From the IMG/VR virus record IMGVR_UViG_3300043432_000485, positions 139,363-203,362 of that record: 64,000 bases of DNA, one strand, 5' to 3'. A model generated the notes under the pieces. That model was given only the letters and a program-made list of their open reading frames with translations, was not told where the DNA came from and ran no database searches. Positions 1 to 10,576 of this stretch are shown piece after piece (the first letter of the stretch is position 1; every line of letters begins with the position of its first letter). The translations under genes were made by a program, and so were the position numbers. This DNA is from a virus. Lineage: Duplodnaviria; Caudoviricetes.

Positions 1-1317
1 GTCCGTATTCTCAGCCGGGGAGATAGGGAGCCCAGTCAGAGAATCGAACTGGAACCCCTGAGTCAAGGGCAAGTGGAAGTTGAGCGAGAATGCAGTTTGA
101 AAAATCCTTCGAAGAGTCTCTATGACATCGAACTGCTCCGGGTACGTCGGGATGGTCATCGCAGTGGTGGGGCTCGCTTTGCCCATTACGGGAGGATCCG
201 CGGAATCGGTGCCCGGCCAATCTATGTACGGATTGGAGTCGATCACATCTAGCTTGGGAGCATCGAATGTCACCGACTTACCGGACACGGCAAGAGAGCC
301 ACTGAATGCCCTCACCCGATAGTAGTAGGTCTTGTTGGGTTGGACATCGGTGTCGATATACCGGAAGGTTCCCAGCTGTCCCAAGAGGAACGTGGCGGTT
401 TGCTGGGAGGAGTCGATCACGATGTACTGCTGGAACTTGAGGAACGGATCTTGGTAGAAGTCCACCAGCTTCACGGTGCGCTGGATCAAGTCTCCTTTCC
501 CACGCTCACGGAAATTGGTGGGAACAGACATTACCACTTGTCCAACTGCCTCAGGATCACCCAAGGCCGAAGCATCAATCTGACCTACCGCTGGATTGAT
601 CTCGCTCTTCTCAAGGAGGAACTTAGGCGGGATGAACCCAGTGGACGCTGCCTGAATGAGGTCCGAGAATCCAGGGTCCCCGGGACTTGATGCCGGAGGC
701 AGGCTCCACTCCACCGCGATTGAGCTTGGCTGCTCCTGGAAGAGAGCGGTCAAAGCCAAGATCGGATCACCGGCGCCCGTGGGTGTGACCTTGATCGGCA
801 AAACCTTGAAGTTGGCGGGAGCCGGATAGCGAGGGGTTGTGAACTCCTTGCCAAAGAAACGGAGAAGGACCTGGATGAGGTGAAGCAAAGCCGGCGGGCT
901 CTCTGCGTCGGCTACGATGATGGTGAACCCACCCATGGCAGTGCCTGGGATTGGCTGCGGCCGATTGGGGTCTCTAGAGTCATATAGCCCAGCTTTGAAG
1001 CGGGTGATGAACGCGGGGAATCCACCAACGAATCGATTGAAGTTCGGGTCCACCAGCGGGTTGGGAACGTCAAACCAGCCATACACGCCGGTGCGATGCA
1101 GGGCCTCGAACAAGTCCAAGATGAGAGCCAGGAGAGCTTCAACCAACGCCTTGATCGGATTGCCAAAGTCTACCAAGAAGGTCTTGACCGTCTCCAGTAC
1201 AGCCTTCGTGACCTCAAGGTAGACCATCAAGGTCTCCATGACGTTGCGAGCCCCCTCCAACAGGTCCTCACCTGGGAGTTGGATCGCTAGAGCTTCCCAA
1301 TTTGGATTTGCTGCCAT
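1..1317 (-). CDS. Putative baseplate/virion protein, 3'-truncated by the window edge (>=439 aa)
   Basis: Hand-translated: ATG at 1317 (MAANPNWEALAIQLPGEDLL...), open to base 1 with no stop, so absent from the ORF track. Contains an FN3-like signature FRYIDTDVQPNKTYYYRVRAF. Lies in the baseplate operon. Confidence 0.75.
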   Translation of the reverse strand, partial: MAANPNWEALAIQLPGEDLLEGARNVMETLMVYLEVTKAVLETVKTFLVDFGNPIKALVEALLALILDLFEALHRTGVYGWFDVPNPLVDPNFNRFVGGFPAFITRFKAGLYDSRDPNRPQPIPGTAMGGFTIIVADAESPPALLHLIQVLLRFFGKEFTTPRYPAPANFKVLPIKVTPTGAGDPILALTALFQEQPSSIAVEWSLPPASSPGDPGFSDLIQAASTGFIPPKFLLEKSEINPAVGQIDASALGDPEAVGQVVMSVPTNFRERGKGDLIQRTVKLVDFYQDPFLKFQQYIVIDSSQQTATFLLGQLGTFRYIDTDVQPNKTYYYRVRAFSGSLAVSGKSVTFDAPKLDVIDSNPYIDWPGTDSADPPVMGKASPTTAMTIPTYPEQFDVIETLRRIFQTAFSLNFHLPLTQGFQFDSLTGLPISPAENTD

Positions 1318-1322
1318 CTACA

Positions 1323-1499
1323 TCAGGCCCCGTACTGGAGCTTCCTCAACTTCCGGCGGAGAGCAGAGATTTCCGCCTCCGTGGACTTTACACCTAAACG
1401 GATCACTTCCTTCATCTTCTCGTTGATCGCAAACTCACGCTTCTCCCATGCGGGGGGAGGGGTTGCGGGCTTCTCTTCTGGCTTGTCTTGGTCGGACAT
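1323..1499 (-). CDS. Small hypothetical protein (58 aa, helical C-terminus)
   Basis: Hand-translated MSDQDKPEEKPATPPPAWEKREFAINEKMKEVIRLGVKSTEAEISALRRKLRKLQYGA; exactly fills the gap between two coupled genes. Confidence 0.7.
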   Translation of the reverse strand: MSDQDKPEEKPATPPPAWEKREFAINEKMKEVIRLGVKSTEAEISALRRKLRKLQYGA

Positions 1500-1500
1500 C

Positions 1501-4500
1501 CTAGCTCCCTTCCACTGCTAGTAGTTTCAACAGTTGGTTGTAGTTGTTGGTCTGGGCCTTGATGCGATTCGTCACCGCGGTTGTCTGCTGAACCACCAAG
1601 CCGCTCTCCAGATTGACCCGAGCGTCTATCCAGACGTACCGTTTGTCATAGAGCTTGTCAGTGTTAGCCAAGATGTCCTGTACCTGAAGGGTGATCCCTG
1701 AGATAGCCGAGATACGGGAGGTGACCGCTGATGCCCTGGCATTCAAGTCCGTGGTCAAGGTAGCGCGTGCGAAAGCCCCAGGGTCCCCTGAGACAACCAC
1801 AGGGGTGGTGATCAATGTGTTGAATGAAACTGCAGCTGCCAGCAAAGCGGCCACGGCCTGGTATAGAGAGAACAAGGCGGTGGCGGTGGCGGGGGCGACA
1901 CCGAATAGGGACACCACTCGATACGCCACGCCCAAAGCCGAGAATGGGATCGCAGACGTCAAGGTGAGCTGTGTCTCGGAGTCCACGCTCTGAATCGCAT
2001 AGATCCCAGCGTCCACCCCGGTCTTGATGTACACGAAGTCTGAAGGCGTGACCTTCGAGGTCACGAAGGTCGCTGCGGGATCCGTGAATGTCACTGACGC
2101 GCTCAAGTTGGTCGTGGTGGTGCCAACAGATGGGAACACGTTGGTGAACACTTGGTCCAACGTGTCGGACAGGGTTGTCTGCTCAGCCGCGTACAGAGGA
2201 ATCTCTCCAGCCAAAGCCGAGACGAGGGATGTCATGTAGTCGTTAGGAGTTCCACCATAGGTAGCCAGGGAGTTGTCCACCCGATACGAGTGCAATGTCA
2301 TGTTGATCGAGGTAGCCGGAGTCACCGTGACCGTAGTTGCTGTGAAGGAGGAGATCTGACGGCGCTCACCCGTGTCAAAAGTGATGGTCCATCCAACCTG
2401 CACCCCGCTGAATGGGGAGACCCCAAACCCAACGATTGTAGTGAGAGTTGTGCCAGCTATCACGGAACCACTGATGGTGGTGCTGCTAACCGCTACCTCA
2501 TACGTGAAGGGACTCGGGTCGAAAGTGAATGGCACCGATACGGTCACGGTGCTGGCCCCCGCCCCGGAAGCTATGCGGAAGGATGAGCCGGCATTGACTC
2601 CGGACAGTATCCGAATCAGGTCGAAAGTCTGGGGAACAGGAGCCGGGAATGGTCCACCCGAGTCAGTGATGATTGTCCCCGCCAAATTCATGGTGCCAGT
2701 CGACACAAACGTCGGAGTAGTTGACGTCCGGATCAACCCAGAAGGACTGCTGATCAGCTGGTTCTCCGTGTAGAGATACCCGTTCTGTTCACAGTTTGGG
2801 TCTGGATTCTGGATGGGGAAGCTAAGGTCCCCGTCATCATCCGAGATGCCTCCATACAGGGCTGGGAACTTGAACGGGGCGGTCAGAGTGTTGACCTGAG
2901 TCAGCTGGCCAGAGAGAGCTTCTTGGTTCGTCAGCGGAGTGGTGGACGGCGGGCTGACTATGAACGTCAGTTGCCCGGTCTCACCATGGAACGAGTAATC
3001 CAGTCCGAACACATGGTTTTTAACCCCGGCATCAGTTGGATCTTGATAGACAGTTGCACCCACCAAAGCGGTGCCTGTCAAAGGTGCGCTCAGAGACAAC
3101 TGAGTCGAACTATCCACGGTAGCTGTAGTGCCTGGGGAAGACACTATGGAACCATCCTGGTTCTGAACAATGACCTTCATGCCAGTGGTGAAGAGAGGAC
3201 GCAAGAACGAGCTGGAGCCGGAGGTGTTGTCAACCTTGAGGATGGAGGACCCAGATGTCAGGCTCGACTCCGTGACGATTGCCCACGCTTGCCTGGTGTG
3301 AAGGTTTGAGACGCCCGTGACATTCGTAGACCCGGTATCGGCCACCTCATCCCCCGTATGCGGGGTGCCAGACAAGATGGTGGCCCCAAAGAAGTTGCGA
3401 GCAGTCGGATAAAGCCTGCTCAGGGGGCTTGCCACATAGTACTTCCGGTACGTCCCAATGGAAGTAGCAACGAAGGGAGGCCCTGTGAACGTATATGGGG
3501 CGTTCGAGATCTTGATCAGGTCGTCAATTTGGTTTCCGACTGGAGGGGCTACGTTTCCAAGCACCCCATCGAACAAGAATGGACCATCGTTGTTGCCCAC
3601 TACAGTGCCATCAAGTTCTCGCCGGTACTGCTCCAGCAGATTGATGGTGTCGTTGTAAAAGAGCAGGCTGGAGCGCGCCACTATGTCCTGGTTCGCTAGA
3701 TGCCGCTCTGTGAAATACAAAGACTCCCTGCCCTGGTTGAACAGCTTAGGCTGAGAAGCGTTAGAAGTCTGAGGTCCGGATGAACCGCTACTGGCCGAGC
3801 TTGCGATCTCTGCCGCGTACTCCCCTCGAAAGTTGGTCATAGTCTCGACACGGTAGAAGAAGGTGTCTGGGGACTTGATCGAGTAATCGGCAAGCAATGT
3901 CTGACCAAGCAATCCGTTAAGAGAGCTTGGGGTGACCTGGCAGGTATACGAAGAACGCAGTCTGACCCCGGCTTGAGCCACCACCCTCCCCGTGTAGAAG
4001 ATCCCAAACTCCTCGTTTGGCCCAAGGGGTGTGGAGAACACGATCCTACCCGTGTCATCAATCTTGTAGTCCGTTGGGGACGACAGAATCACCCCAAGCG
4101 CTCCTGCGACCCTCCTGTACACGACATAGGGCTGGGTCAGAACCGGAAGCCTGGAAGTGGTGACCTCCACAGTCGGGGGCTCGAAGATTGGGCGCAAAGA
4201 GTAGCTGAGGAACTGAGCTGGCAGTTGGTACTGACGAGGGGCCTTGGCAAGTAGCATCACCTTGGTGCGATCCGCGGCTGAATCGTACTCAGCTCCGGAC
4301 ACCTCCAACAGATCGGTGAATGTCGGACCGGCGTCCTGGAACAACACCACGGTGCCGGGTTTGTAGACTTTGCTCTTGTCCCCCGCCACGAAGAACGTGT
4401 TGCTGCCCCGGGCCACCGCCTCATAGGCCGCCATCTCTGGTGCAAAGTAAGTGGCGAGAGGAGTGACCCCCGAAGAGACGTAAACCTTGGGGGTCAGGAA

Positions 4501-7347
4501 GGAGTCCTGAAAGACTTGAGAGCCGGCAAGGGTGACGGTGGTCTGGTTGGATCCAACGTCAAAGGTTGAGCTTCCAATGAGGTAGACCTGCTCGTTCTCG
4601 ATACGGAGCAGCAAGTCAGGCTGGAACACTGCGGTCTGATCCCCGTATACCACGAACTGGTTGTTGGGGTTCCCATCCACGTCTGAGTCGCTGATGTTCA
4701 CAGCTACAGAGAGCATGGGAGGCTGCAGAACCGTGAAAGTGTTCTCTCCTCCGACTGCCTTGGTGACGTAGTAATCGATGTAGACACGTTCGGAGGGTCC
4801 AATGGTGGCTCCGTGTGGAAGGGCATTCGTGATTTGCGAATCGGGCAAGAAGGTGATCGTGGAGCTAGCGGGGTCCACCACACACTGAGTGCCCAGCTTC
4901 TGAGGGCGACCACCGCGGAACACTGCCGGAGACGGGTTTGCCACTACCGGCAACCCGTCCACGTTGAAGTTCAGGGTTGATGTCGGGACAGGATGATCTT
5001 GGGTGATTTCCTTTCGGATCAGGAAGCTTGCCGCTTCTGTGATCGGAGCCCCTGGTAGAGTTGGGGGTGTGGTCGAAGGAGGAGCCACCGTATAGGTGAT
5101 TCTGGCCTCTTCCCCAGAGAGCATGCGATCCGTTAGCTGAACCAACCCGAGCTGTGGCTGAATCACGTAGTCGACCTTAGGGGTCAAGACGCGCGCCCAG
5201 TAGACGTCCACCCCAAGGTCCGCGGCTACAAAGTTCAGCTCCCCAGTGGACGACTTGATCTGAACGGTCCCAGCCGGAGGGGAAGTGAAGCTTCCAACCA
5301 CTACTGTGGTGGCAAACTGGGTGTCCCCCAGCCTGAACCCCGAGCTGTTCACGTACGCGAGAGGGACGCTGAGGCGCGGAGAGTTGGAGGCCACCCCGAG
5401 TAGACGAATCCTCTCCACCTGAGTGGATGGGTCCAACAGAACCACCTCATCGAAGTAGCGATCAGCCAGTATCTCACTAGCTGAGTAGATCGTGTAATGA
5501 GCGGCTGGTTCTGTCAGCGGCGCTGGGGAGATTGGAACAGTATCAAAGCTCGGACCAGCCGAAACCGTGTACACTCCTTTGGCCGGAGTATCCTGGATCA
5601 CCACCAGATAGTCTGGCTGAACCCCATCCACCAAGAATTGGGCTGTAGGGTCCGACAGCTCCGATAGCACGTTGCTCAAAGAGCCGATGCCTTGGGCCAA
5701 GGGCGCCGTGGTGGAGGTCAGGGATACGGCCCCAGAAGCGGCGTCCACAATCGCGTCTTGCCCAAGCACCAACGGCGTATAGACATTGGAGCCCGGAGCT
5801 GTCTCCATCTCCAACACCAAGTTCCCCGTCAAAAGCAGCGGATCAGGGAGCACCACATCAGTGGCGGGGAGCTGGATAAGGGTGAGCTGCTGATACTTCT
5901 GCTGAGCGAAGAACAGAGCCCCCGCGTCAAAGTCAATGTAGTACCCAAATCTTCCCGATGTCACGGGACCATCGAGGCGAGGGAAGTTGTCACTGGTTAG
6001 GGTGCCCTGGCCCTGAACCACCTTAACGGTCAAGGGGTACGCAGGGTCATCAATCGGGATCGAAGGCAAGAAGACTTGAGGGGATTGGATGATGGGATCC
6101 GCCCACGTGGCTCCGACAACCGTGTAGAACTCCGTTACGTCTTTCACGTCAGAGAGCGCCGCGTCAAGGTTTACTGGCGTGCGCAATAGGCGCACTGAAA
6201 TACCGCGTTCGATCAGCAAGTCCCCAAACGTTACGAAAACGATCTTCCCCGCATACTTGGTCTGATCCGCGGAAGAGAACTGGACGGCCCCTGTGCCTGG
6301 ATTCACCTGGACCACCCCAGATTGTCCAGGTGATGAGAAGGCAGTCGTGTATGTGAACTGAGGGAACTGATAGTAGGGGTTAGCCGACGGCACAGAGAAG
6401 ATCAGATCCGCCCCAATCGAAGGCAGTCCCACGATAGCGCTGGGGGAACCGATCAACCCCAAGGGCTGGGATGGCAGTGAGAGCCCAGTAGCGAACAACA
6501 CTCCATCATAGTAAACGGGCAGCCCAGCAGCGGCGTCCGTTGGATTGAAGTTGAGACGGCCGGTGGTCAGTGCCCACTGAACGGTCCCGCTTGGAGGCAC
6601 GGTAAAGGCGCCCTCGGTAGCCACCTCCACGGTCTGTAGATACAGCCCATACCCAAACCTCAACAGAGGGAACTGTCCCGTTCCGGGTTTGGGGCTCAGA
6701 ATCAGAACTGGGTCCCCCACCAGCAACGGGGGTATGCCTAGGCGGCCGGTGGATTCCTTGGAGTCGAAAAACTGCTGTTGCTGAAAACGTACGAGCTGCC
6801 CTGAATAGGTAGTCAGGTCCCCCGTGTTCCAGTTCAAGTTGCCAGTATCGAGAGACAGTTGAACTGTGCCAGGTGCTGGAAGTGTGAATCCCAGGTCGTT
6901 AGCAACTACCGCGATGGGGAATGTGGTGCCGCTTCCAGTGGCACCCACAGAAATCCTGTAGGGAGCATCTGGGACCGGTGCCGCTTGCACTGGGGGGCGC
7001 ACCTTCAGTCGAGTGGTGTTCGAGTTGCTGTCAAGCGTCCCAACTTGCGCGGGAGCAGACCCCGGCAATGGCTTGAAACTTCCAGCCGCGGCGGCATACC
7101 CAAAACGATCCACGATCTCGTTCTTGGTCCATCCGAAGTTGGCGGACGTGAGCAACCCCGGGCGCGGGGCTCCTTCCCCCGTCACCATCACCAGGTATTC
7201 GGTCCGCGGTTGGTCCTCCGCCGATGGGTACGCGGCATCAAAGGCGATCGCATCGGACACCAAATTGTCCGGCGTCTGGGTGAAAGGGGAGTTGGATTGC
7301 CCCACCCTGATCGACTCAAGCACATATCCGCTGATCTTGAAGCTCAT
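1501..7347 (-). CDS. Large baseplate wedge/tail-fibre-associated structural protein (1948 aa)
   Basis: Long beta-rich ORF with recurring modules (PPAGTVQLSLDTGNLNW, PPSGTVQWALTTGRLNF, PPAGTVQIKSSTGELNF, DYKIDDTGRIVF, DYSFHGETGQLTF) and a helical C-terminus; downstream of spike and hub. Confidence 0.7.
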   Translation of the reverse strand: MSFKISGYVLESIRVGQSNSPFTQTPDNLVSDAIAFDAAYPSAEDQPRTEYLVMVTGEGAPRPGLLTSANFGWTKNEIVDRFGYAAAAGSFKPLPGSAPAQVGTLDSNSNTTRLKVRPPVQAAPVPDAPYRISVGATGSGTTFPIAVVANDLGFTLPAPGTVQLSLDTGNLNWNTGDLTTYSGQLVRFQQQQFFDSKESTGRLGIPPLLVGDPVLILSPKPGTGQFPLLRFGYGLYLQTVEVATEGAFTVPPSGTVQWALTTGRLNFNPTDAAAGLPVYYDGVLFATGLSLPSQPLGLIGSPSAIVGLPSIGADLIFSVPSANPYYQFPQFTYTTAFSSPGQSGVVQVNPGTGAVQFSSADQTKYAGKIVFVTFGDLLIERGISVRLLRTPVNLDAALSDVKDVTEFYTVVGATWADPIIQSPQVFLPSIPIDDPAYPLTVKVVQGQGTLTSDNFPRLDGPVTSGRFGYYIDFDAGALFFAQQKYQQLTLIQLPATDVVLPDPLLLTGNLVLEMETAPGSNVYTPLVLGQDAIVDAASGAVSLTSTTAPLAQGIGSLSNVLSELSDPTAQFLVDGVQPDYLVVIQDTPAKGVYTVSAGPSFDTVPISPAPLTEPAAHYTIYSASEILADRYFDEVVLLDPSTQVERIRLLGVASNSPRLSVPLAYVNSSGFRLGDTQFATTVVVGSFTSPPAGTVQIKSSTGELNFVAADLGVDVYWARVLTPKVDYVIQPQLGLVQLTDRMLSGEEARITYTVAPPSTTPPTLPGAPITEAASFLIRKEITQDHPVPTSTLNFNVDGLPVVANPSPAVFRGGRPQKLGTQCVVDPASSTITFLPDSQITNALPHGATIGPSERVYIDYYVTKAVGGENTFTVLQPPMLSVAVNISDSDVDGNPNNQFVVYGDQTAVFQPDLLLRIENEQVYLIGSSTFDVGSNQTTVTLAGSQVFQDSFLTPKVYVSSGVTPLATYFAPEMAAYEAVARGSNTFFVAGDKSKVYKPGTVVLFQDAGPTFTDLLEVSGAEYDSAADRTKVMLLAKAPRQYQLPAQFLSYSLRPIFEPPTVEVTTSRLPVLTQPYVVYRRVAGALGVILSSPTDYKIDDTGRIVFSTPLGPNEEFGIFYTGRVVAQAGVRLRSSYTCQVTPSSLNGLLGQTLLADYSIKSPDTFFYRVETMTNFRGEYAAEIASSASSGSSGPQTSNASQPKLFNQGRESLYFTERHLANQDIVARSSLLFYNDTINLLEQYRRELDGTVVGNNDGPFLFDGVLGNVAPPVGNQIDDLIKISNAPYTFTGPPFVATSIGTYRKYYVASPLSRLYPTARNFFGATILSGTPHTGDEVADTGSTNVTGVSNLHTRQAWAIVTESSLTSGSSILKVDNTSGSSSFLRPLFTTGMKVIVQNQDGSIVSSPGTTATVDSSTQLSLSAPLTGTALVGATVYQDPTDAGVKNHVFGLDYSFHGETGQLTFIVSPPSTTPLTNQEALSGQLTQVNTLTAPFKFPALYGGISDDDGDLSFPIQNPDPNCEQNGYLYTENQLISSPSGLIRTSTTPTFVSTGTMNLAGTIITDSGGPFPAPVPQTFDLIRILSGVNAGSSFRIASGAGASTVTVSVPFTFDPSPFTYEVAVSSTTISGSVIAGTTLTTIVGFGVSPFSGVQVGWTITFDTGERRQISSFTATTVTVTPATSINMTLHSYRVDNSLATYGGTPNDYMTSLVSALAGEIPLYAAEQTTLSDTLDQVFTNVFPSVGTTTTNLSASVTFTDPAATFVTSKVTPSDFVYIKTGVDAGIYAIQSVDSETQLTLTSAIPFSALGVAYRVVSLFGVAPATATALFSLYQAVAALLAAAVSFNTLITTPVVVSGDPGAFARATLTTDLNARASAVTSRISAISGITLQVQDILANTDKLYDKRYVWIDARVNLESGLVVQQTTAVTNRIKAQTNNYNQLLKLLAVEGS

Positions 7348-7929
7348 CTAGATTACCGTCCCGAACCCGACACCGGAGCTGCCCACAATAGAAGGGGTCC
7401 CAACAATGGGAATGCCAGGCTGCACGAATGAAGCGAAAACCATGTCCAAGGCTGTGCCGATGGCTTGGGCCATCTTGGTTGGCCCAATGCCAGTCATCCC
7501 CACCGCAGAGAAACCAGCCAACATGGCCGGCACCGCCGTGGGTCCAGTGATACGAGCTACACCTGCGCCGACGCCAACGGTGGGGTGATTGGTCTGCAAA
7601 AGAGCAAGAGCGAGCCACCCCGTGCACAAACCCGTCGTCAAGCCCTGAATGAACAGCGGCGCAAGGGTTCCAAGGATGCCCACAGACACGAAACCGGTAA
7701 CTAAAGAGGATTGCACCAAGGGATTGGGCACGATCAATGGGATGATGCCCGTCCCTACCCCAAGAGTCCCAGCGTCCACCGTGGTCACCTTGGATTCTAT
7801 GGTCAAAAACTGACACACCCCCATCGAAAGACCGAGGGCAAACTTGGGCACACCAGTCCCTAGATTCCCTGTGGAGATCAGGTTGGGGGTGATGAACCCG
7901 GCAGCCAGAGCTGGAGGATTCAATGGCAT
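7348..7929 (-). CDS. Gly-rich hydrophobic virion protein following the spike
   Basis: 193 aa, strong SD (AAGGAGG) supplied by the end of the upstream HNH ORF; function unknown. Confidence 0.6.
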   Translation of the reverse strand: MPLNPPALAAGFITPNLISTGNLGTGVPKFALGLSMGVCQFLTIESKVTTVDAGTLGVGTGIIPLIVPNPLVQSSLVTGFVSVGILGTLAPLFIQGLTTGLCTGWLALALLQTNHPTVGVGAGVARITGPTAVPAMLAGFSAVGMTGIGPTKMAQAIGTALDMVFASFVQPGIPIVGTPSIVGSSGVGFGTVI

Positions 7930-8420
7930 CGCCCCTCCTTCAGGTAGTTTGCCAGCCGAATGAATACTTCCGGGTCAGTGCAATCCTGCTTGATCGTGTT
8001 AGCAAGATGGCTGATTACCGCAATGTTACCTGGAACGTACCCGAGGGCTGGAATGATGCGATCCAGTGTCATGGATGTGGGTCCAACCTTCCTTACCCCA
8101 CGTTTAAAAGGCACCAAGGTGATCGGGCAGCACCCGTCTAAAGGTATGACCTTGCGGATGTCCTCGGCAGTTATACCCCACGGAAGGTTCTCTTTTCTCG
8201 CCCTTTGCTTTGCACACTTCAAGAGTAGGATCTCTGGATTTGCTATGTAATATTCGCGCTCTTTGTTTCGGACCTGCTCCAGATGTTCCTTGCGATACTG
8301 TTTGGCATCAGCACGGAATTTGTCGGAATGATCAGCGTAGTATTTAGTATTGTAGGCTCGTCTACTCTGACGATGAGCGTCCAACTCTTCTACGGACATG
8401 GAGGATACTGGTTTAGTCAT
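7920..8420 (-). CDS. HNH (His-Me finger) homing-endonuclease-like protein
   Basis: CCPITL...TLDRIIPALGYVPGNIAVISHLANTIK core with a basic helical N-terminus; AT-richer than its neighbours; overlaps both flanking genes. Confidence 0.8.
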   Translation of the reverse strand: MTKPVSSMSVEELDAHRQSRRAYNTKYYADHSDKFRADAKQYRKEHLEQVRNKEREYYIANPEILLLKCAKQRARKENLPWGITAEDIRKVIPLDGCCPITLVPFKRGVRKVGPTSMTLDRIIPALGYVPGNIAVISHLANTIKQDCTDPEVFIRLANYLKEGRCH

Positions 8421-10576
8421 AGGAGAGACCTAAATGTAGCTGAACCAGCCAGAGGCAAACCGGTTATCCAGTCCAGGCTAGGGGATCCTGGGGGCATCAT
8501 AGGGCTCCCGCGGCAGACGCCCAGAGAAGCTCCAGCACCTCCAACCATGACCTGAGCAGACGTAAGAGTGATCGACGTCGGGGCGGTCAGATTCATGGTG
8601 GTCCCAGCGTTCACCGACACCGCTAACCCGGCGGTTACCGTAACCGATCCTGCTCCTGACGAGAGGGTCATGGAACCAAGGGCAGTGGAAATCGATACGG
8701 ACCCTGTACCCACCGACACCGTGTACGAGCCGGCGGCTACCGTGGTGGACATCGAGCCTCCCAGCACATTGATCGTGCGGTCCCCCACAACTGCAGTCTC
8801 AGTCAAGCCACCAGACAAGATTGTGGATGTCTTGCCTCCTGTGACGATCGTTTCGGTGACCGCCTGAGCGTACTGGAACTGGCTCTTCCCTGAACTCAGG
8901 ACATCGATGCTGCCAGTGTTCAGCGCGAACCCAGAAGGGGAGTTGATGCTGAGCCGATCGGCCAAGATGGAGTAGCCACCACTGACATTCGTGATCTTGG
9001 CTCCGTTCACTCCTTCTGTGCTATCCGCGGATGTGAACGACTCTCTGTTCCCTTGGAGTTGCTCAGAGTATGCGACGTTGTTGTTGTCAGGCACCCCCTG
9101 AGCTTCTATCACGTAGGAGGAATGGGTCCTGAACTTCAAGCCAGCACCAGAGGAACCCCCGCGGAAGTCGAAAATAGCACCGCCATCCAGGGTCAAATGC
9201 AGAGCTATGTTGTCTGGCTTGGCGGCACCAAGACGCATCTTCAGAGCGCCTTCCATGTTGATTTCAGCCGATACGTTCTTGGTACCAGATGGGTAGTTCT
9301 CTACCCTAGATCCGGGAATGTTGACGAACAGCTTACCTTGCTTAGACACCGCTGCCGCAAAGGCGCTGATGGTGTCGGAACGCCCAGCGGGGTTGGCTGG
9401 AGGGGTTATCCTGAGCAAGTAGGCGCCGGCTGTTGTGTACGCCTCAGTATCGTCTAACGGGGACCTGGCAATGGCCTCCGTGGTGAACGTAGAGAGCCCG
9501 GTAGCTAGGAAGTCGTCGAAGAGCTTGGGGCGTAGAAGCTGGCCGTATTGCTGCAACCCCGTATCCGAGGACGTGTCGTTGCCAATCAGGGTACCCATCA
9601 CGCGTTCGATGTAGATGGCTTTGCGGTCCATCTGGAACCCATCGATCTCTTCCCGCACCTCCTGCACCAAATCAGTGGTGTGGGTCATCTCAACGCGGTC
9701 TTCCGTGTAGGGCTCCGCCCCAGCACCGGTATCAGGGTCCTCGAAGTTGACTCCGGAAAATGTGCTCTGGTAGTACGCCTGACGCCCATTCGAGAATGTG
9801 ACCGGCGGCGATGCTGTTGAGTCGTTGATCGTGTCGAACACGGTGTTCTCGCTGACCGTGAGACGCTTCAGGACGGTATCCCCGAAGAAGCGCTGTGCAC
9901 TCGTCTTGAGAGTCTTGCCGTCGGCAAAAATGTCTGGTGGCAAGAAGAACCCGGAGCGCCTGGCTGGCCCGGACATTCGAAGAATGCCCGCCTCGTTGTC
10001 GACACGATGGACGGATTGAGACACTAGGGTGCGATCGGAGTCCCGGATCTCCAACAGGTCACCCGCTCGGTTGGCCATCTTGACGTCGTTGGACAGCACA
10101 AGCTCAGATCCGCCAGACGACATGCCTCCTACGTCTCCTGGGCGCAGCTTCAAACGCTTGTAGCGAATCTGAGGGGTGAAAATCTTGCTGTAGTTGTCAG
10201 CATCCTCTGGGGAAATCTCAGATGGGTCCGACGGGCTGAACGGATCGAAACGCATCGCTGACCGCTTGCCAGCGATCGGCAGGTAACCGAGTATGACGGC
10301 TTCATGCAGCTGCTTGTGCTTCCGACGATACCCGATGATCACCATCGAGTTTACTTCGGGGATGCCTCCCCAGAAGCTACGCGGCCCAACTTGGGCTTGC
10401 GTCAGGTCAATCTCGACGCGCTCCCCTCCGCCAGTGATCACCTTGATGTCACATTTCAGCTCTTGCTCATCCACACGGGTGATGATGCCGATCTTCAGGC
10501 CATAAGGGGCTCCCGTGTCCACGAACTCAGAGCCCGGGACGTATCCTGAAGGATTCTTTGGTCTGTAGTCTGACAT
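8417..10576 (-). CDS. Baseplate central spike (gp5/GpV/VgrG-like)
   Basis: N-terminal OB-fold-like segment (GLKIGIITRVDEQELKCDIKV...GGIPEVNSMVIIGY) and C-terminal G/S/T/V beta-helix repeats; follows the hub gene. Confidence 0.75.
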   Translation of the reverse strand: MSDYRPKNPSGYVPGSEFVDTGAPYGLKIGIITRVDEQELKCDIKVITGGGERVEIDLTQAQVGPRSFWGGIPEVNSMVIIGYRRKHKQLHEAVILGYLPIAGKRSAMRFDPFSPSDPSEISPEDADNYSKIFTPQIRYKRLKLRPGDVGGMSSGGSELVLSNDVKMANRAGDLLEIRDSDRTLVSQSVHRVDNEAGILRMSGPARRSGFFLPPDIFADGKTLKTSAQRFFGDTVLKRLTVSENTVFDTINDSTASPPVTFSNGRQAYYQSTFSGVNFEDPDTGAGAEPYTEDRVEMTHTTDLVQEVREEIDGFQMDRKAIYIERVMGTLIGNDTSSDTGLQQYGQLLRPKLFDDFLATGLSTFTTEAIARSPLDDTEAYTTAGAYLLRITPPANPAGRSDTISAFAAAVSKQGKLFVNIPGSRVENYPSGTKNVSAEINMEGALKMRLGAAKPDNIALHLTLDGGAIFDFRGGSSGAGLKFRTHSSYVIEAQGVPDNNNVAYSEQLQGNRESFTSADSTEGVNGAKITNVSGGYSILADRLSINSPSGFALNTGSIDVLSSGKSQFQYAQAVTETIVTGGKTSTILSGGLTETAVVGDRTINVLGGSMSTTVAAGSYTVSVGTGSVSISTALGSMTLSSGAGSVTVTAGLAVSVNAGTTMNLTAPTSITLTSAQVMVGGAGASLGVCRGSPMMPPGSPSLDWITGLPLAGSATFRSLL